A DNA stretch of 64,000 bases from an uncultured Alphaproteobacteria bacterium (GCA_963822835.1 CAWGIZ010000011.1:218973-282972); one strand, 5' to 3'. Shown: positions 10,102 to 19,783, counted from the first letter of the stretch. The notes: generated from the sequence alone by a model not told the origin. Numbers and translations are program-made.

Positions 10102-11790
10102 ATGTCGAATATGACCAAGAATCTGGCACGTGCGCCGTCTCTGGCGTCTCCCCTGCCGCTCACGGCCCTGCTGGTCTCCGGCGCTTTGATCGCGGGCGGC
10201 TGCTCGACCTCGCGGGAGGTGACCGCGGCAAAGCCGGCGATCGATACCAAGGTCGTGAAATCGCATGACGGCAGCTCGCTCCAGTTCCTCGCCGACGCGA
10301 TGGCGGACAAGGGCAAATATGACGCCGCGATCCCGCTCTATCGCCGCGCCCATGCGCTGCATCCGCGCGATGCCGGCCCGCTTTTCGGTCTCGGCAAGTC
10401 GCTCGCGGCGCTTGGCGCGAATTCGGAGGCGCTCGAAGCGCTTCAGGCCGCGCATGACCGCGACGAAAAGGATCCCGAGATCCAGGTGAAGCTGGCGGAT
10501 CTTTACGTGGCGACGAGCCGGCCCGAACTGGCCCTGCCGCTCTATGAAGAAGCCCTGACGACCAATCCCCGCGATGCGGCCGCACTCAACGGCAAGGCCG
10601 TGGCGCTCGACGCGACGGGCGATCACTCCGGCGCCCAGAGCGCATACCAGGCCGGTCTCTCTGCCAGCCCGGACAATCTCAAGCTCGAGAGCAATTATGG
10701 CCTGTCGCTCGCGCTGAACGGGAATGCCTCCGAGAGCATTCAGATGCTCGAGGACGTCGCCACGGATTCCCGCTCCGGGCCGAGCGAGCGCCAGAATCTG
10801 GCGCTGGCCTACGCACTGGCGGGCCGTAACGATGACGCGGCGAAAGTCGCCTCGATCGATTTCGATCCGGTGACCGCCGACCAGAATCTCGCTTATTTCT
10901 CCGAGATCAAATCGATGGATCCGGAGGACCGCACCCGTGCCCTGCTGTCCGGCGCCCGCGAGCCAAAGCAGAATATCGACGCCCCGGCGAACTTCACTTA
11001 CGGCAGCGACGAAGCCCAGGCCAAGGCGGCCATCAACCGGCTCGTCGGCAAGCCGTCGGCCACGATCGAGCCGGTTAAGCCCGTCGCGCAGGCCGACGAG
11101 GCAAGCCTTCAGCCGGCCGTGGTCACGGTTCAGCCGATGCAGACCGGGCCGATCAGCGAGGTACCCCCGTTGCTCGGCGCCGAGGGATACGCCCTGCAGA
11201 TCGCGGCCTATCGCAAGGCCGAGCAGCTGATATCGGGCTGGAACCTCCTGCATGAGCGCTATGCCGATCTGATCGGCAGCCTGAGCCCGCGCCGTTCCGA
11301 GGTCGACTTCGGCGCTCGCAACGAAAACCCGAAAGGCTTCTTCTACCGCCTGAACGCCGGCCCGCTGACGACCTTCGAGGAAGCCAAGGCGCTGTGCGAC
11401 CAGATCATCCAGCGCGGCGGTCCGTGCTGGGTCCGTTCGCCGGAGCCGGCCGAGGGCCATCTCCCAGGCGAGAAGGCGCCGCCCGCCGACGCGCGGTCCG
11501 TCTCGGCGGAACCCGCGGGAACCTCCGCAGCCAAGCCGCAGCAGGCCAGCGCGAACGAGCCGGGCAAGGCCAAGCTGGATGTCGATGCGCTGGTGAAGAA
11601 CGAAACCGCACCGCCGGTCCAGTCCGCCTCGACGGTCTGGCAGCAGGTCGGCGGCCCGGCCCAGGAAAGCGGCCCGGACGAGGGCGCGGCGAACGCTCAG
11701 GACGGCCAGGCGCCGGAAGGCACCGATGGCGTGGCGCCCGAGGGATCCGATCAGGGCAACCCCGCCGACGACACCGAAATCGTCCGGTAA
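10102..11790 (+). CDS. TPR-repeat lipoprotein with a SPOR domain
   Basis: 562 aa with a lipobox (LIAGGC), several TPR units, a SPOR-like block (GYALQIAAYRKAEQLISGW...FFYRLNAGPL...AKALCDQI) and a low-complexity tail. Confidence 0.75.
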   Translation: MSNMTKNLARAPSLASPLPLTALLVSGALIAGGCSTSREVTAAKPAIDTKVVKSHDGSSLQFLADAMADKGKYDAAIPLYRRAHALHPRDAGPLFGLGKSLAALGANSEALEALQAAHDRDEKDPEIQVKLADLYVATSRPELALPLYEEALTTNPRDAAALNGKAVALDATGDHSGAQSAYQAGLSASPDNLKLESNYGLSLALNGNASESIQMLEDVATDSRSGPSERQNLALAYALAGRNDDAAKVASIDFDPVTADQNLAYFSEIKSMDPEDRTRALLSGAREPKQNIDAPANFTYGSDEAQAKAAINRLVGKPSATIEPVKPVAQADEASLQPAVVTVQPMQTGPISEVPPLLGAEGYALQIAAYRKAEQLISGWNLLHERYADLIGSLSPRRSEVDFGARNENPKGFFYRLNAGPLTTFEEAKALCDQIIQRGGPCWVRSPEPAEGHLPGEKAPPADARSVSAEPAGTSAAKPQQASANEPGKAKLDVDALVKNETAPPVQSASTVWQQVGGPAQESGPDEGAANAQDGQAPEGTDGVAPEGSDQGNPADDTEIVR

Positions 11791-11840
11791 GTCGGCTCCC
11801 GGAGCCGGACGGACGCACGATCCGATACTCGTTTCCCAGG

Positions 11841-11875
11841 GGCCCGGCCGACCAAGCCGGGCCCTTGAATTTTAT
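11841..11875 (+). terminator. rho-independent terminator
   Basis: Perfect 8-bp stem GGCCCGGC/GCCGGGCC with a 7-nt loop, followed by CTTGAATTTTA. Confidence 0.6.
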
Positions 11876-11893
11876 GACGCATCTCCTACATAT
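11864..11893 (+). promoter_or_regulatory. candidate RpoH (sigma-32)-type promoter
   Basis: CTTGAA, then 15 nt, then CCTACATAT, compared with the alphaproteobacterial CTTG-N17-CYTATNT pattern. It lies about 100 nt upstream of the hsp20 ATG. Confidence 0.4.
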
Positions 11894-11894
11894 C

Positions 11895-11994
11895 GGATGA
11901 CGCGACGGGGCCTCTCGAGGACCGTCGCAAGCACTAACCGGGGCGCCTGAATGGGTCCCGAGCGGCGAACTCGCTCAGACGGAGGAGAAGGCCT
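11895..11994 (+). promoter_or_regulatory. ROSE-like RNA thermometer in the hsp20 5' UTR
   Basis: The final hairpin GAACUCGCUC-AGACG-GAGGAG pairs the UCGCU motif (ROSE U(U/C)GCU) with the SD GGAGGAG, leaving one bulged G. The ATG is 7 nt downstream. An upstream hairpin GCGACGG...CCGTCGC is present. Confidence 0.6.
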
Positions 11995-12489
11995 ATGTCG
12001 CGCGTTTCCTTATTCAACAGCCCCCTTTTGCTCGGATTCGAGCGCGTCGAGCGCCTGCTCGACTCGGTCGCGAAATCATCGAGCGACGGCTATCCGCCCT
12101 ACAATATCGAACGGCTCAACAACTCCGCGTTGCGCATTACGCTCGCCGTAGCCGGCTTCACCAACGAAACGCTTTCGGTAAGCGTCGAGGCGAACCAGCT
12201 GGTCATCCGCGGCAAGCAACCGGAGGACGACGCGACGCGGGAATATCTGCATCGCGGCATCGCCGCCCGGCAGTTCCAGAAGTCATTCGTTCTGGCGGAA
12301 GGGATCGAGATCGCCGGCGCCCATTTGCATAACGGTCTCCTGGAGATCGATCTGGTGAGGCCGGAGCCGAATACGGCGGTCCGTCAGATCAAGATCGCGT
12401 CGGGACGGCCGGATGCGAAAGAGACCGGTGAGGGCAATACCGGTGCGATCGAAGACGCCGGAACAGTGTCCGTCGCCCGGGTTCGTTGA
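11995..12489 (+). CDS. ibpA: small heat-shock protein, Hsp20/alpha-crystallin family
   Basis: 164 aa; SGYPPYNIERLNNSALRITLAVAGF...LVIRGKQ is classic IbpA-like sequence. Confidence 0.9.
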   Translation: MSRVSLFNSPLLLGFERVERLLDSVAKSSSDGYPPYNIERLNNSALRITLAVAGFTNETLSVSVEANQLVIRGKQPEDDATREYLHRGIAARQFQKSFVLAEGIEIAGAHLHNGLLEIDLVRPEPNTAVRQIKIASGRPDAKETGEGNTGAIEDAGTVSVARVR

Positions 12490-12529
12490 GTTTCATGGCC
12501 GATCAGACGGCCGAGTAAGGAAGTGTGTC

Positions 12530-12751
12530 ATGCACGACAAGATAGAATATAGCCAAACCACCATCTCGCCTGAGGTCCTGGCCGCCATCGGCACCGATCA
12601 GCTGGTCTATGTCCGGCCGGTTCTGGTCAACGGTCAGTCGCTGTTCGGAATCTACTCCGCGAGCGGAGAGCAGGTTGCCGTGGCCCCGAGCCGCGACGTG
12701 GCCTTCGCGCTCGCCGTCCAGAACGGCGTCGAGCCGCTCAGCGTCCACTAA
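12530..12751 (+). CDS. DUF1150 family protein (Hsp20-associated)
   Basis: 73 aa from ATG 12530 (MHDKIEYSQ...LVYVRPV...LFGIYSASGE). This is the typical partner downstream of hsp20 in Rhizobiales. Confidence 0.7.
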   Translation: MHDKIEYSQTTISPEVLAAIGTDQLVYVRPVLVNGQSLFGIYSASGEQVAVAPSRDVAFALAVQNGVEPLSVH

Positions 12752-12789
12752 ATCCGATCCGTCGGGCAGCGTTCGACCCGGCCAAGAAT

Positions 12790-12885
12790 CGTCATTGCGA
12801 GCCCTTAAGGGCGCGGCATTCCAGAATTTTCAACCCCCGCACGCTTGCTGGACCGCCGCGGCGCTCGATGCGCCTCGCGATGACG
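12790..12885. repeat. REP-like imperfect palindromic element between convergent genes
   Basis: The terminal arms CGTCATTGCGAG (12790) and CTCGCGATGACG (12874) are inverted repeats matching 11/12. The CGTCATTGCGAGC-type motif is a common Rhizobiales intergenic repeat. Confidence 0.55.
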
Positions 12886-12926
12886 TTTTGCCGACGGGGC
12901 ATGACGCCGATAGCCGGCTCAAGCCC

Positions 12927-13391
12927 TCAGGCAGCGTGATGGGTGATCGATTCGGTGAGAAGCGCGTAGATCGCATCAATGGAATCGGTGCTGCGAAGCT
13001 TTTCGCAGACCTTGCGATCGCGTAGCAGACGCGACACTTTCGCCAGCGCCTTGAGATGATCGGCTCCCGCCGATTCCGGCGCCAGCAGCAGGAAGATCAG
13101 ATCGACCGGCCGCTCGTCGAGCGAATCGAAATCGACCGGCTGCTCGAGTCGGGCGAAAACGCCGTAGATGTGATTGAGCTTGGCGAGCTTGCCATGCGGG
13201 ATCGCGATACCCTGGCCGACGCCCGTCGTACCGAGCCTCTCGCGCTCCAGAAGAACCTCGAAAATCTGCCGCTCGGGCATGCCGGTAAGCTTGGCGGCCA
13301 CTTCGGACATCTCCTGAAGCGCCTGCTTTTTGCTCGCGGCCTTCAGTTTCGGCAGGATGGCATCAGCCGATATGAGATCCGACAGGCTCAT
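12927..13391 (-). CDS. ptsN: PTS-Ntr EIIA nitrogen regulatory protein
   Basis: 154 aa with GVGQGIAIPHGKL (active-site His). ATGA overlap with hpf. Confidence 0.9.
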   Translation of the reverse strand: MSLSDLISADAILPKLKAASKKQALQEMSEVAAKLTGMPERQIFEVLLERERLGTTGVGQGIAIPHGKLAKLNHIYGVFARLEQPVDFDSLDERPVDLIFLLLAPESAGADHLKALAKVSRLLRDRKVCEKLRSTDSIDAIYALLTESITHHAA

Positions 13392-13999
13392 CGCCCCGGC
13401 ACCCTCGTCGTTGCGTTTGCGGCACCCGGCTTACCTACCGGATCGATCCAGCCGATATTGCCGTCCGGCCGGCGGAACACGACGTTGAGCTCGCCATGCG
13501 CGACGTTGCGGAACATCAGCGCCGTCCGCTCCTCCAGATCGAGCTTCATGACCGCTTCGCCGACCGTGAAGGACGGAATCTCGGTCGTGGCCTCGGCGAT
13601 GGTCACGGGCTGGAAGGAATCCGGCTCCACCTCATGGTCATCCTCGCCGGAAAGCACGATATCGCGCGCCGGCGCCATCTCGGTCGCCATTTCGCGCTGC
13701 GCGCCGCGATGGCGCTTGAAGCGGCCCTTGTAGCGGCGCAAGCGCTTCTCCATCCGCTCCTCGGCGGCGTCGAAGCAGGCATAGATCTCGGTGGCGAGCG
13801 CGTGGGAACGCAGAAACAGATTGTGAGCCACATGGACCGTGCAATCCACACGGTACAGATGAGCTTCCCGCGAGAAGGTCACCGCGGTCTCAACGGGCTG
13901 ATCGAAATATTTTGCGATGCCGGCCGCAAGCTTGTCTTGAACATAGCTGCGCAGAGAATCGCCTATGTCGATCTGTTTGCCGGTGACGAGAACGTCCAT
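13388..13999 (-). CDS. hpf: ribosome hibernation promoting factor (long HPF)
   Basis: MDVLVTGKQIDIGDSLRSYV... from ATG 13999. Sits in the conserved rpoN-hpf-ptsN order. Confidence 0.85.
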   Translation of the reverse strand: MDVLVTGKQIDIGDSLRSYVQDKLAAGIAKYFDQPVETAVTFSREAHLYRVDCTVHVAHNLFLRSHALATEIYACFDAAEERMEKRLRRYKGRFKRHRGAQREMATEMAPARDIVLSGEDDHEVEPDSFQPVTIAEATTEIPSFTVGEAVMKLDLEERTALMFRNVAHGELNVVFRRPDGNIGWIDPVGKPGAANATTRVPGR

Positions 14000-14230
14000 C
14001 AGAAAGCTGGTCCGTCGACTAGTACTGAAATAATAGCCTATCCCCAAGTGCGCTGCCGCGCAATGCGACCTGCCCCCGAAACGCGGCCCCGTATAGTGCC
14101 CCTCCCAGATCCTGTCAACAGCAGTCCACCGCTACGGGGTGATTGCTGGTCCGGCGGGCCGGCACTTCGTTCCCGCCAGGATGCGAACCTTGTCCCTCTC
14201 GGCTCTCAGGGCCCCGCAAGCCCCCGAGTC

Positions 14231-15799
14231 TCAAGCCATGCTGTGGCTTGCAATCGCCTTGGCGCGCCGCCGCTGCACCGAGGACGGTATGTTCATCGCC
14301 TCGCGGTATTTCGCCACGGTGCGGCGGGCGATCTCGATGCCGGACTTGCGCAGGATCTCGACAAGTTGATCGTCCGAGAGGATCGACCGCGGGTCCTCGC
14401 CGTCGATCAGCTCGCGAATCCGGAACCGCACCGCCTCGGACGAATGAGCGTCGCCATTGCCGCTCGACGGGATCGACGAGGTGAAGAAGTACTTCATCTC
14501 GAAAATGCCGCGCGAACAGGCCAGATACTTGTTCGCGGTCACGCGGCTTACGGTGCTCTCGTGCATCTCGATCGCCTCGGCGATGGCCCTGAGGTTCAGG
14601 GGCCTGAGATGCGTCACGCCGTGCGCGAAGAAACCATCCTGCTGCCGGACGATCTCGGTCGCGACCTTGAGAATGGTCCGGGCGCGCTGGTCCAGCGACT
14701 TCACCAGCCAGTTCGCGGAATGCAGGCATTCGGTGACATAGGCCTTGCACTTGTTGTCCTTGGACTTGCGGCCGAGCTCGGCATAGTAGCGGGAATTGAC
14801 CAGGACCTTGGGCAAGGTGTCGGCATTGAGCTCGACCTGCCAGGTGCCGTCCGATCCTTCGCGCACATAGACGTCCGGCACCACCGCCTGGATATGCTCG
14901 GAGCCGAAGGCGAGGCCTGGCTTCGGGTTGAGGCACTGAATATCGGCAACGATCTCGGCGAGATCTTCGGAATCGACGTTGCAGATCCGCCGCAGCGCCG
15001 GGAAATCGCGCCGGCCGAGAAGCTCCAGGTTATCGAGAAACACCAGCATGATCGGATCCAGCCGATCCTTCTCGCGCAGCTGGATCGCAAGACATTCCTT
15101 GAGATCGCGCGCGAACACGCCGGCCGGATCGAAGGTCTGCAGCACGCCGAGCACCCGTTCCGCCGTCTCCATGCTGCAGCCAAGCCGATCGGCGGCGGAT
15201 TCCAGGGTTTCGGTGAGATAGCCCGCCTCGTTGACGAGATCGATGAGATAGCCGCCGATCATCCGGTCGGTGGGGTCGACGAAGGCCAGCGCAAGCTGCT
15301 CCTCCAGATGATCGTGCAGCGAAATGCTTTCGGAGAGCGTCTGCTCCAGACTGGACTCGCCGTCGCCGCCCCCGCCCCCGCCGCGCCCGTCGAGCCAGCC
15401 CGAGGCGCCGAGCTTGGGATCGGTGAGGCCCTCACCGGAATCGGACGCCGGCGATATGGCCGGGCCGTCGCTATCGAAGACGTTTCCATAATCGGCATCG
15501 AGCGGCGCATCGTCGCCGGCGGTCGCATCGCCGGGTTCGCTGAGACGCGAATCGGCGGAGACCATGCCGTCGCTTGCCTCCAGGCGCTCGGTATTACGGG
15601 CTTCGACCGGATCGGGGCGCTCGGCGGGCACGTCCGGCCCCTCGCCGAATTCGAGCAGCGGATTGCGCTCGACCTCGCCCTCGACATATTCGTTGAGTTC
15701 GATATTGGAGAGTTGCAGCATCTTGATCGCCTGCTGCAACTGCGGCGTCATGACGAGCGTTTGGCTCTGTCTCAGCTCCAGTCTGGGAGATAGGGCCAT
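14231..15799 (-). CDS. rpoN: RNA polymerase sigma-54 factor
   Basis: 522 aa with N-terminal MALSPRLELRQSQTLVMTPQLQQAIKMLQLS and the RpoN box ARRTVAKYRE. Confidence 0.95.
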   Translation of the reverse strand: MALSPRLELRQSQTLVMTPQLQQAIKMLQLSNIELNEYVEGEVERNPLLEFGEGPDVPAERPDPVEARNTERLEASDGMVSADSRLSEPGDATAGDDAPLDADYGNVFDSDGPAISPASDSGEGLTDPKLGASGWLDGRGGGGGGDGESSLEQTLSESISLHDHLEEQLALAFVDPTDRMIGGYLIDLVNEAGYLTETLESAADRLGCSMETAERVLGVLQTFDPAGVFARDLKECLAIQLREKDRLDPIMLVFLDNLELLGRRDFPALRRICNVDSEDLAEIVADIQCLNPKPGLAFGSEHIQAVVPDVYVREGSDGTWQVELNADTLPKVLVNSRYYAELGRKSKDNKCKAYVTECLHSANWLVKSLDQRARTILKVATEIVRQQDGFFAHGVTHLRPLNLRAIAEAIEMHESTVSRVTANKYLACSRGIFEMKYFFTSSIPSSGNGDAHSSEAVRFRIRELIDGEDPRSILSDDQLVEILRKSGIEIARRTVAKYREAMNIPSSVQRRRAKAIASHSMA

Positions 15800-15813
15800 G
15801 ACGCGGCGTCCCT

Positions 15814-16596
15814 CTACAGACTGAATTTTTCGCCGAGATAGACCCGCCGGACGTCATTGTTGGCGACGATCTCTTCGGGCGTGCCTTCCATGAGGACGGT
15901 GCCGTCATGGATGATATAGGCCCGGTCGATGAGATCGAGTGTCTCTCGAACATTATGGTCGGTAATCAACACGCCGAGCCCCCGGTCCTTGAGATGCATG
16001 ACCAGCTCGCGGATGTCGTTGACCGCGATGGGGTCGATGCCGGCGAAGGGCTCGTCGAGAAGCATGAAGCTCGGATGCGTCGCGAGAGCGCGGGCGATCT
16101 CGCAGCGGCGGCGCTCGCCGCCGGAGAGAGCGACGGACGGCGTACGGCGCAAATGGGTGATGGAAAACTCATTCAACAGGCTGTCGAGGGTCGCTTCGCG
16201 CGCCTCGCGGTCGGGCTCGGCGACCTCGAGAACGGCGCGGATGTTCTCCTCCACCGTGAGGCCCCGGAAGATCGAGGCCTCTTGCGGCAGATAGCCGATT
16301 CCGAGCCGCGCGCGCTGATACATCGGGCGGTCGGTGATATCGACGCCATCAAGCATGATCCAGCCATAATCGGGCGAGATGAGCCCGGTGACGATATAAA
16401 AGCACGTCGTTTTACCTGCACCATTAGGCCCCAGAAGGCCGACAACCTCTCCACGATGGAGCCTCAAGCTTATGCCGCGCAGAACCGGGCGTTTCTTGAA
16501 GTTCTTCCCGATCGTGTTGACGAAGATTCCCGACTCTTCCGTCACATTTTGCGGCTCCCAGGCCGCCTCGGTTTTTTGTTTTACGTCGGCAGCCAT
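15814..16596 (-). CDS. lptB: LPS export ABC transporter ATP-binding protein
   Basis: 260 aa with Walker [10 protein letters not shown] and signature LSGGERRR. Positioned between lptA and rpoN. Confidence 0.9.
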   Translation of the reverse strand: MAADVKQKTEAAWEPQNVTEESGIFVNTIGKNFKKRPVLRGISLRLHRGEVVGLLGPNGAGKTTCFYIVTGLISPDYGWIMLDGVDITDRPMYQRARLGIGYLPQEASIFRGLTVEENIRAVLEVAEPDREAREATLDSLLNEFSITHLRRTPSVALSGGERRRCEIARALATHPSFMLLDEPFAGIDPIAVNDIRELVMHLKDRGLGVLITDHNVRETLDLIDRAYIIHDGTVLMEGTPEEIVANNDVRRVYLGEKFSL

Positions 16597-16680
16597 GTCA
16601 GTCCATTAAACCTTTTGCCGATTAACAATGTGTGTGTCCGGACGGGTCCGTTTCGAACCCGCTAATTGCCGGTTTTCCCG

Positions 16681-17259
16681 CTATTTTGGTCGGTTTTCTC
16701 GGGCGGCGCGAAGACGCCGCGGACGCGGCCCGAATTCGTCGGCCGAGGACGCGCTTACCATGCGGCTTTTGCCGGTCTTGAGGTCGAGTTCGAGCCGGCT
16801 GCCCTTGACCAGCGTTTCTCCGCGCTTGAGCGTCACGGCGCCGCCGAGGGTGAGGAGTTCGCGCCCGACATCGTAGATGCCCCAGTTGCCGGTCGCGCTC
16901 TCGCGCGGCGACTGGATATTCACGCTGCCGGCAGCATCGATCCGGTCGATCCGCGTGGTCTGCGAATTCTTGTCGTCGAGGCTGTAGAACACCTTCACGG
17001 TGTCGGCCTTCAAAGTCATGTCGCCCTGCACCGCGACCACGTTACCCATGAAATTCGCCACCCGCTCGGACTGCCGCACTTCCATGCTGTCGGCGGAGAT
17101 ATCGATCTTCTGCTTGGTATCGAGACTGATGCCGAGGCCGGGTTCGGCGGCCTGCGCGGCGGGCATGATCGCGCACAACACACCGGCGCCGATCGCGATC
17201 GAGGCGCACCGGCGGAAGGATCTGAGGGCTCGCATGGCGTCGTTCCTGGACAAAATCAT
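16681..17259 (-). CDS. lptA: LPS transport periplasmic protein (OstA-like)
   Basis: 192 aa with a signal peptide, OstA-like repeats (ADSMEV...GNVVAVQGDMTLKAD) and conserved synteny. Confidence 0.8.
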   Translation of the reverse strand: MILSRNDAMRALRSFRRCASIAIGAGVLCAIMPAAQAAEPGLGISLDTKQKIDISADSMEVRQSERVANFMGNVVAVQGDMTLKADTVKVFYSLDDKNSQTTRIDRIDAAGSVNIQSPRESATGNWGIYDVGRELLTLGGAVTLKRGETLVKGSRLELDLKTGKSRMVSASSADEFGPRPRRLRAARENRPK

Positions 17260-17266
17260 CTAACTG

Positions 17267-17971
17267 TCAGCCTTGTGGCTTGGTAATGAGCGGGATCGGC
17301 GTGCCGGGAAGCAGTTCCATCTTCACAGGACCGTGGAATATGACCTGATCCGCGTCGAGATTGAAGTCGAACCCGGCGGCAGTGAAGTGGCCGACCGGCC
17401 CCTGCGCCTCGACCGGCTGCACGCTCTTGGCCGTGCTCGCCTTGAGATCGACATCGACCGCGCGGGCATGAACCTCGTAGCCGAGATCGGAGAACAGCGT
17501 CACCCGGCCGGTGAGCGAGATGGTCATCAGCTTCGGCCGGTAGATCCCCGTCGCCGCGCTGACCGACAGCCAGCGTCCCTTGGGGAAGGTGACATCGGCA
17601 TTGATCGCGTCGAGCGTGATCTCTTCCGAATCGACGGACGGCTGAACCGCGCTGTCGGCGGTGATCACGAAGGGCCGGTTGTGGGGATCGGTGCCTGAAA
17701 TACGCGGCTTGTCCATCTTCAGCGTGCCCGCGTAGTCCGCGAGCTCGCGAAAGGCGAGCGTGAAGCCGCTTTCCTTATGATTGAAACGCGGCCAGGCGAT
17801 CATCAGGGCGATGATCACGGCCGAGAGCAGGGGGATGCCGACCTTGAGGTAACCGACGATCGCCGAGTTACGCGCATTGGCCCAGCGGTGACGGCGCGCG
17901 AAAAACTCCGCGGCCCGCGCGGCGGTCACGTCGCTCGACGTCACAGTTCCCAACTCTTGCTTCTCATTCAT
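17267..17971 (-). CDS. lptC: LPS export system protein LptC
   Basis: ORF 17267-18037; likely start MNEKQE at 17971. Single TM followed by a beta-jellyroll-like region, with conserved synteny. Confidence 0.7.
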   Translation of the reverse strand: MNEKQELGTVTSSDVTAARAAEFFARRHRWANARNSAIVGYLKVGIPLLSAVIIALMIAWPRFNHKESGFTLAFRELADYAGTLKMDKPRISGTDPHNRPFVITADSAVQPSVDSEEITLDAINADVTFPKGRWLSVSAATGIYRPKLMTISLTGRVTLFSDLGYEVHARAVDVDLKASTAKSVQPVEAQGPVGHFTAAGFDFNLDADQVIFHGPVKMELLPGTPIPLITKPQG

Positions 17972-18140
17972 CCGACGACGCGTTGCTCCACCACGCCACA
18001 GCAAAATCCATGCCGCAGGACCGCACGAACGGCCCATCCTTCAGCCTCTTTAGGCTCAAGTCTATGCCATATATGGGAAATACGCCAAGAAATGTCGAGC
18101 GTAACGACCCTCTTCCGGGTGTCGCGGGCGCGTTATTCAA

Positions 18141-18753
18141 TCAGTGCTCGAAGATGTCCTGCTCGGCCCAGCCCGAAAGATCGAGCTCCACGCGGGTCGC
18201 CAGGAAGCCGAAGCAGCGCCGGGCGAGCTCGGTCCGGCCCTCCCGCTCCAGCATCGCATCGAGGCCACGCTTCAGCTCATGGAGATGCAGCACGTCCGAG
18301 GCGGCATAGTCGAGCTGCGCCTGCGGTCAACTCCGCCGCGCCCCAGTCCGAACTCTGCTGCTGCTTCGAGAGATCGACGCCCAGCAATTCCCGGCACAGA
18401 TCCTTCAGCCCGTGCCGGTCGGTATAGGTGCGCACCAGCTTCGAGGCGATCTTGGTGCAATAGACAGGCGCGACATCGATGCCGAGATAGCGCTTCATCA
18501 TCGCCATGTCGAAGCGCGCGAAATGGAAGAGCTTGGTGACCTTCGGATTCGTCATCAGCGCCTTCAGATTGGGCGCGTCGTACCGGCCCTGCGGCAACTG
18601 CACGACATGCGCGTTGCCGTCGCCCGCGGAGAGCTGCACGACACACAGCCGGTCGCGCACCGGATCGAGGCCCATCGTCTCGGTATCGACGGCGACGCTG
18701 TCGCCGAAATCGAGGCCGCTCGGAAGATCGCCTTTGTGAAAGGATACGGTCAT
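18141..18753 (-). pseudogene. rnd: ribonuclease D-like 3'-5' exonuclease (short form), one frameshift near 18325
   Basis: The N-part (VAVDTETMGL...FHFARFD...SDWGAAELT) runs to about 18325. The C-part (QAQLDYAASDVLHLHEL...DIFEH*, stop 18141-18143) is in another frame. Confidence 0.8.
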
Positions 18754-18791
18754 GCGGCCTTCCCGTTGAAGGATGCGAAAGGGAAGTGAAT

Positions 18792-18878
18792 TGGTGCCCA
18801 GGAGAAGACTCGAACTTCCACGACCTTGCGGCCACTAGCACCTGAAGCTAGCGCGTCTACCAATTCCGCCACCTGGGC
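18792..18878 (-). tRNA. tRNA-Leu (anticodon CAG)
   Basis: 87 nt: acceptor GCCCAGG/CCTGGGC, anticodon stem CTAGC/GCTAG with loop TTCAGGT, long variable arm, T-arm GGAAG-TTCGAGT-CTTCC and 3' ACCA. Confidence 0.95.
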
Positions 18879-19030
18879 AAGGGCTTCCAGCGAAGCCGGG
18901 CTTGTCGATATCGTTCGTCCGGCAGAAAGTCAACAGAGAGAAATAGACGCCGGGCTGCTAGACTGGGCCCGCCCCTCGACGCCGGCCATGCAGAAAGCGC
19001 GAATGCCCGCCTCCGCCCCCGAATTCCATC

Positions 19031-19669
19031 GTGTTCGATCTGGACGGCACGCTGTGGGATAGCTGCCCGGCCTGCGCCGTCGCCTGGAACCACGTTCTGG
19101 ACAAACACGGCATCCCGTTTCGCGAGATCACGACGCGGGATGTCCAGTCGGTCGCGGGCAAGCCGCACGAGGACTGCATCCGCGACGTGTTCGCCGGCCT
19201 GCCCGAGGACCAGATCCAGACGCTGATCGCCGAGACCATGACCGAGGATATCCGGTTCATCCGGGAGCGCGGCGGCGTGCTTTATGAAGGCGTGGCCGAG
19301 GGACTGGCCCGGCTTTCCGCGCGCTATCCGCTGTTCATCGTCAGCAATTGCCAGGCGGGCTATATCGAGATGTTTCTCGAGCTCTCGGGGCTCGGCGATT
19401 TGATTCGCGATCACGAATGCTGGGGCAATACCGGACGCCCGAAGGGCGATAACCTTGGATCGTTGATCACCCGAAACGATCTGAAAACGCCTCTCATGGT
19501 GGGCGATGCGGCGGGGGACAGGCAAGCGGCGGAGCAATGCGGCGTGCCGTTCATTCACGTCACCTATGGCTATTTCGATCTCGACGGCAACCATCCCCGC
19601 TTCGGCAGCTTCGACGCCCTTGTCGGCCATCTTCTGGCCGGGGCCGGAACCGTCCGCGGGCGCGTGTGA
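19031..19669 (+). CDS. HAD-superfamily hydrolase (phosphoglycolate phosphatase-like)
   Basis: 212 aa with a GTG start and motif I FDLDGTLWDS, plus later MVGDAAGD. Confidence 0.75.
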   Translation: MFDLDGTLWDSCPACAVAWNHVLDKHGIPFREITTRDVQSVAGKPHEDCIRDVFAGLPEDQIQTLIAETMTEDIRFIRERGGVLYEGVAEGLARLSARYPLFIVSNCQAGYIEMFLELSGLGDLIRDHECWGNTGRPKGDNLGSLITRNDLKTPLMVGDAAGDRQAAEQCGVPFIHVTYGYFDLDGNHPRFGSFDALVGHLLAGAGTVRGRV

Positions 19670-19783
19670 CGGAATGCTTTGCCCGGCGCGGATGCGGGGT
19701 TATGATGCGCGCCGCCGGGAAGCCGTATCGGAGACGATCGCGGCCAAATGGGCGCCCGGCATGATCAGCTCGAGGAGTCAGAC

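Noticed and set aside
18792-19030. Genomic island or integration site at tRNA-Leu.
   Set aside because: No integrase, no direct repeat of the tRNA 3' end and no compositional shift are seen. The flanking genes (rnd, HAD hydrolase, NDUFA9-like) are ordinary core genes.
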